From the NCBI GenBank assembly GCA_963798485.1, contig CAWCTR010000017.1, positions 32,001 through 96,000 of the forward strand: 64,000 nucleotides of DNA, read 5' to 3'. The position numbers and the translations under genes are program-made. Origin of the DNA: an uncultured delta proteobacterium. Lineage in GTDB: Bacteria > Desulfobacterota > Desulfomonilia > UBA1062. The notes under the pieces are model-generated. The model was not told where the DNA came from. It did no database searches and saw nothing but the letters and a program-made list of their open reading frames with translations. Shown here piece by piece: positions 62,284 through 64,000 of this stretch (position 1 is the first letter of the stretch; each line of letters starts with the position of its first letter).

Positions 62284-63672
62284 ATGCTTAAGATTATATG
62301 GAGAACACTTACAAAGAGATCATTGACGATTCTGACTATTCTTCTCCTTCCCCTTCCAGTATGGGCAATGACCGCGGTTAAAGATATAGATCTATCTAAT
62401 GTAACCGGTCAGGCTGGCTTGAACATCACCGTCGACGTGTTAATGAATGCCTCTATCAAAATCATGGCCTGGGGCGACTCAGATGGTATCAATAATACCA
62501 CTAGTTACAACCCTTGGACCGTACCTGCCGCCTCTAGTGGTGGCTATATCGGGATAGCAAACTTTAACCTCACCAACCTCACCGTAGAAGAACGCACGGA
62601 TTCTAGTGACAACTACAACGGGTATAACACCACGATGCTGAAGCCGATCACTATCGATGTGGCAACCGTGAATACCGCGTGGACAATAACCACTACTCCT
62701 TCTTGGGGTGTACCTGGTGTAACACAGAATATTCCCGCTGACACGACAATTGTCCAAGTTGGCCTTGGCGCTCTTGAGATATCAGCGGCATCGATGAAAA
62801 TGGATGTCAATCTGTACCAACGCGCGAATGGTGTAGCGACGAATAATATCGCTCTAGATACTGCTCAGAACCTGGGTGATGTCGAGTTGGGTGGTTTATC
62901 TATGTACTTCAACCCCAGGAGCTATGTTGACATTTACTCTCCTGCTTCGGCTGGGGGAGCCAACCCTTCAGGCATACAGTTTGCTGTGAATGTAACCATT
63001 GACAAGTTCGACTTGACCTATTTGGGGTGGAGTGACGAAGATGGTATTAAAAACCCAATAGTAGCAGGAACACGATCAGGAAAGGGGATTAATAAGGTTG
63101 CTGCCAACGACTGGATGAATGATAACGCACCTGGTTATATCGGTATCACCTCACTAAATGTTGGGACCATCGCCATCAACGGGACAGCAGGCATTGGTGT
63201 TAACACGTCCGCGAAGGGTCTCTATGCACAACTCCCGGCGTTGTTAAACTTAATGAGTGGAGCTACGGTTAATGGTTATGCTGTTCCTAGTCAATTCTAT
63301 ACGAGTGAATCAACGTTCGAATTAGCGCTCAAAGGGGTAGGTTTTAGTCAATACAACGGTTCAATCTCTGGTAACACTATCATCACTAGTGGAACTATTG
63401 CAAATGGCCAGCCCCTGAACGCCTTATCTCGTGATTTATTATATAGTGATTTAGGTCTGTCTACTACAATCAATCCTGTCAGCGTGGCCGAAATCTCATT
63501 CCCGACAGAGTTTTTGATTGATGTTGAAGGAACTGTCACAGCAGCTGTTCAGCTGTCTAATGTTTCTAACTTTGCAGCCGGTCCTGGAACTACAACTCTG
63601 GGTGACATTTATCTCTCACACCTTGGTATTGATATCCATGCTGGCTCCTGGGTAGATATATGGGCGCACTAA
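62284..63672 (+). CDS. DUF6160/FilA-like secreted protein, paralog of 58995..60269
   Basis: AMTAVKDIDLSNVTGQAG, AWGDSDG and SWVDIWAH. Confidence 0.8.
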   Translation: MLKIIWRTLTKRSLTILTILLLPLPVWAMTAVKDIDLSNVTGQAGLNITVDVLMNASIKIMAWGDSDGINNTTSYNPWTVPAASSGGYIGIANFNLTNLTVEERTDSSDNYNGYNTTMLKPITIDVATVNTAWTITTTPSWGVPGVTQNIPADTTIVQVGLGALEISAASMKMDVNLYQRANGVATNNIALDTAQNLGDVELGGLSMYFNPRSYVDIYSPASAGGANPSGIQFAVNVTIDKFDLTYLGWSDEDGIKNPIVAGTRSGKGINKVAANDWMNDNAPGYIGITSLNVGTIAINGTAGIGVNTSAKGLYAQLPALLNLMSGATVNGYAVPSQFYTSESTFELALKGVGFSQYNGSISGNTIITSGTIANGQPLNALSRDLLYSDLGLSTTINPVSVAEISFPTEFLIDVEGTVTAAVQLSNVSNFAAGPGTTTLGDIYLSHLGIDIHAGSWVDIWAH

Positions 63673-63715
63673 CCCTTAAATATATTAATATATTAAACAT
63701 GAAAGGATGAAAATT

Positions 63716-63955
63716 ATGGCAAATCGAGGAAGAAAACCAATGACTCTGAGAAACAACGGTACGGATGCAAGGTTTATAAAAAGGAATTATTATTTAGAAG
63801 AGCGACTTACAAAGGCTCTTACCGTTCTTTCCGCATTGACGGGAAAAGAGCTTTCTCATCTCGTGAATGAGGCCATCGTTGAACTGGTTCATAAATATCA
63901 GCCGAAGACAGGTATCGACTTGCTCAACTTGGAAACAATAAATAAAGAAGAATAA
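63716..63955 (+). CDS. Small RHH-like protein, copy 3
   Basis: Near-identical to copy 1 including the downstream hairpin. Starts 43 bp after the DUF6160-like gene and lacks the sigma-54 promoter. Confidence 0.75.
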   Translation: MANRGRKPMTLRNNGTDARFIKRNYYLEERLTKALTVLSALTGKELSHLVNEAIVELVHKYQPKTGIDLLNLETINKEE

Positions 63956-64000
63956 AAATTATTAGTTCCTCGCCGCTTGATGCGAGGGGGTTCAATCTTT

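Overview
Bacterial chromosomal window, most consistent with a Desulfobacterota (deltaproteobacterial) genome, judged from the rpsU-yqeY-mutS2-dnaG-rpoD gene order, the many PAS kinases and sigma-54 signals. GC-rich housekeeping blocks (PMM/PGM, macromolecular synthesis operon, amidase, beta-oxidation genes, M48 protease, gap, carB) alternate with AT-rich accessory DNA. The left half holds two paralogous PAS-kinase/receiver/alternative-sigma modules that share a sigma-54-type promoter and an identically spaced upstream palindrome, plus a decayed porin gene. From about 37.5 kb on, the window is a mobile-element-rich island. It contains two IS4-type elements and one remnant, and three group II introns: an RT-encoding intron fused head-to-tail to an ORF-less sibling with the same EBS1, and an apparently intact ORF-less intron of another class whose empty homologous site lies 10 kb away. 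The island also carries four DUF6160/FilA-like secreted-protein genes, three near-identical ribbon-helix-helix (RHH) genes plus a convergent paralog, and PAS-only proteins. Several leaders are tandemly duplicated, including a twin structured element that may be a novel cis-regulatory RNA. All family assignments come from motif recognition by eye, not from database searches.
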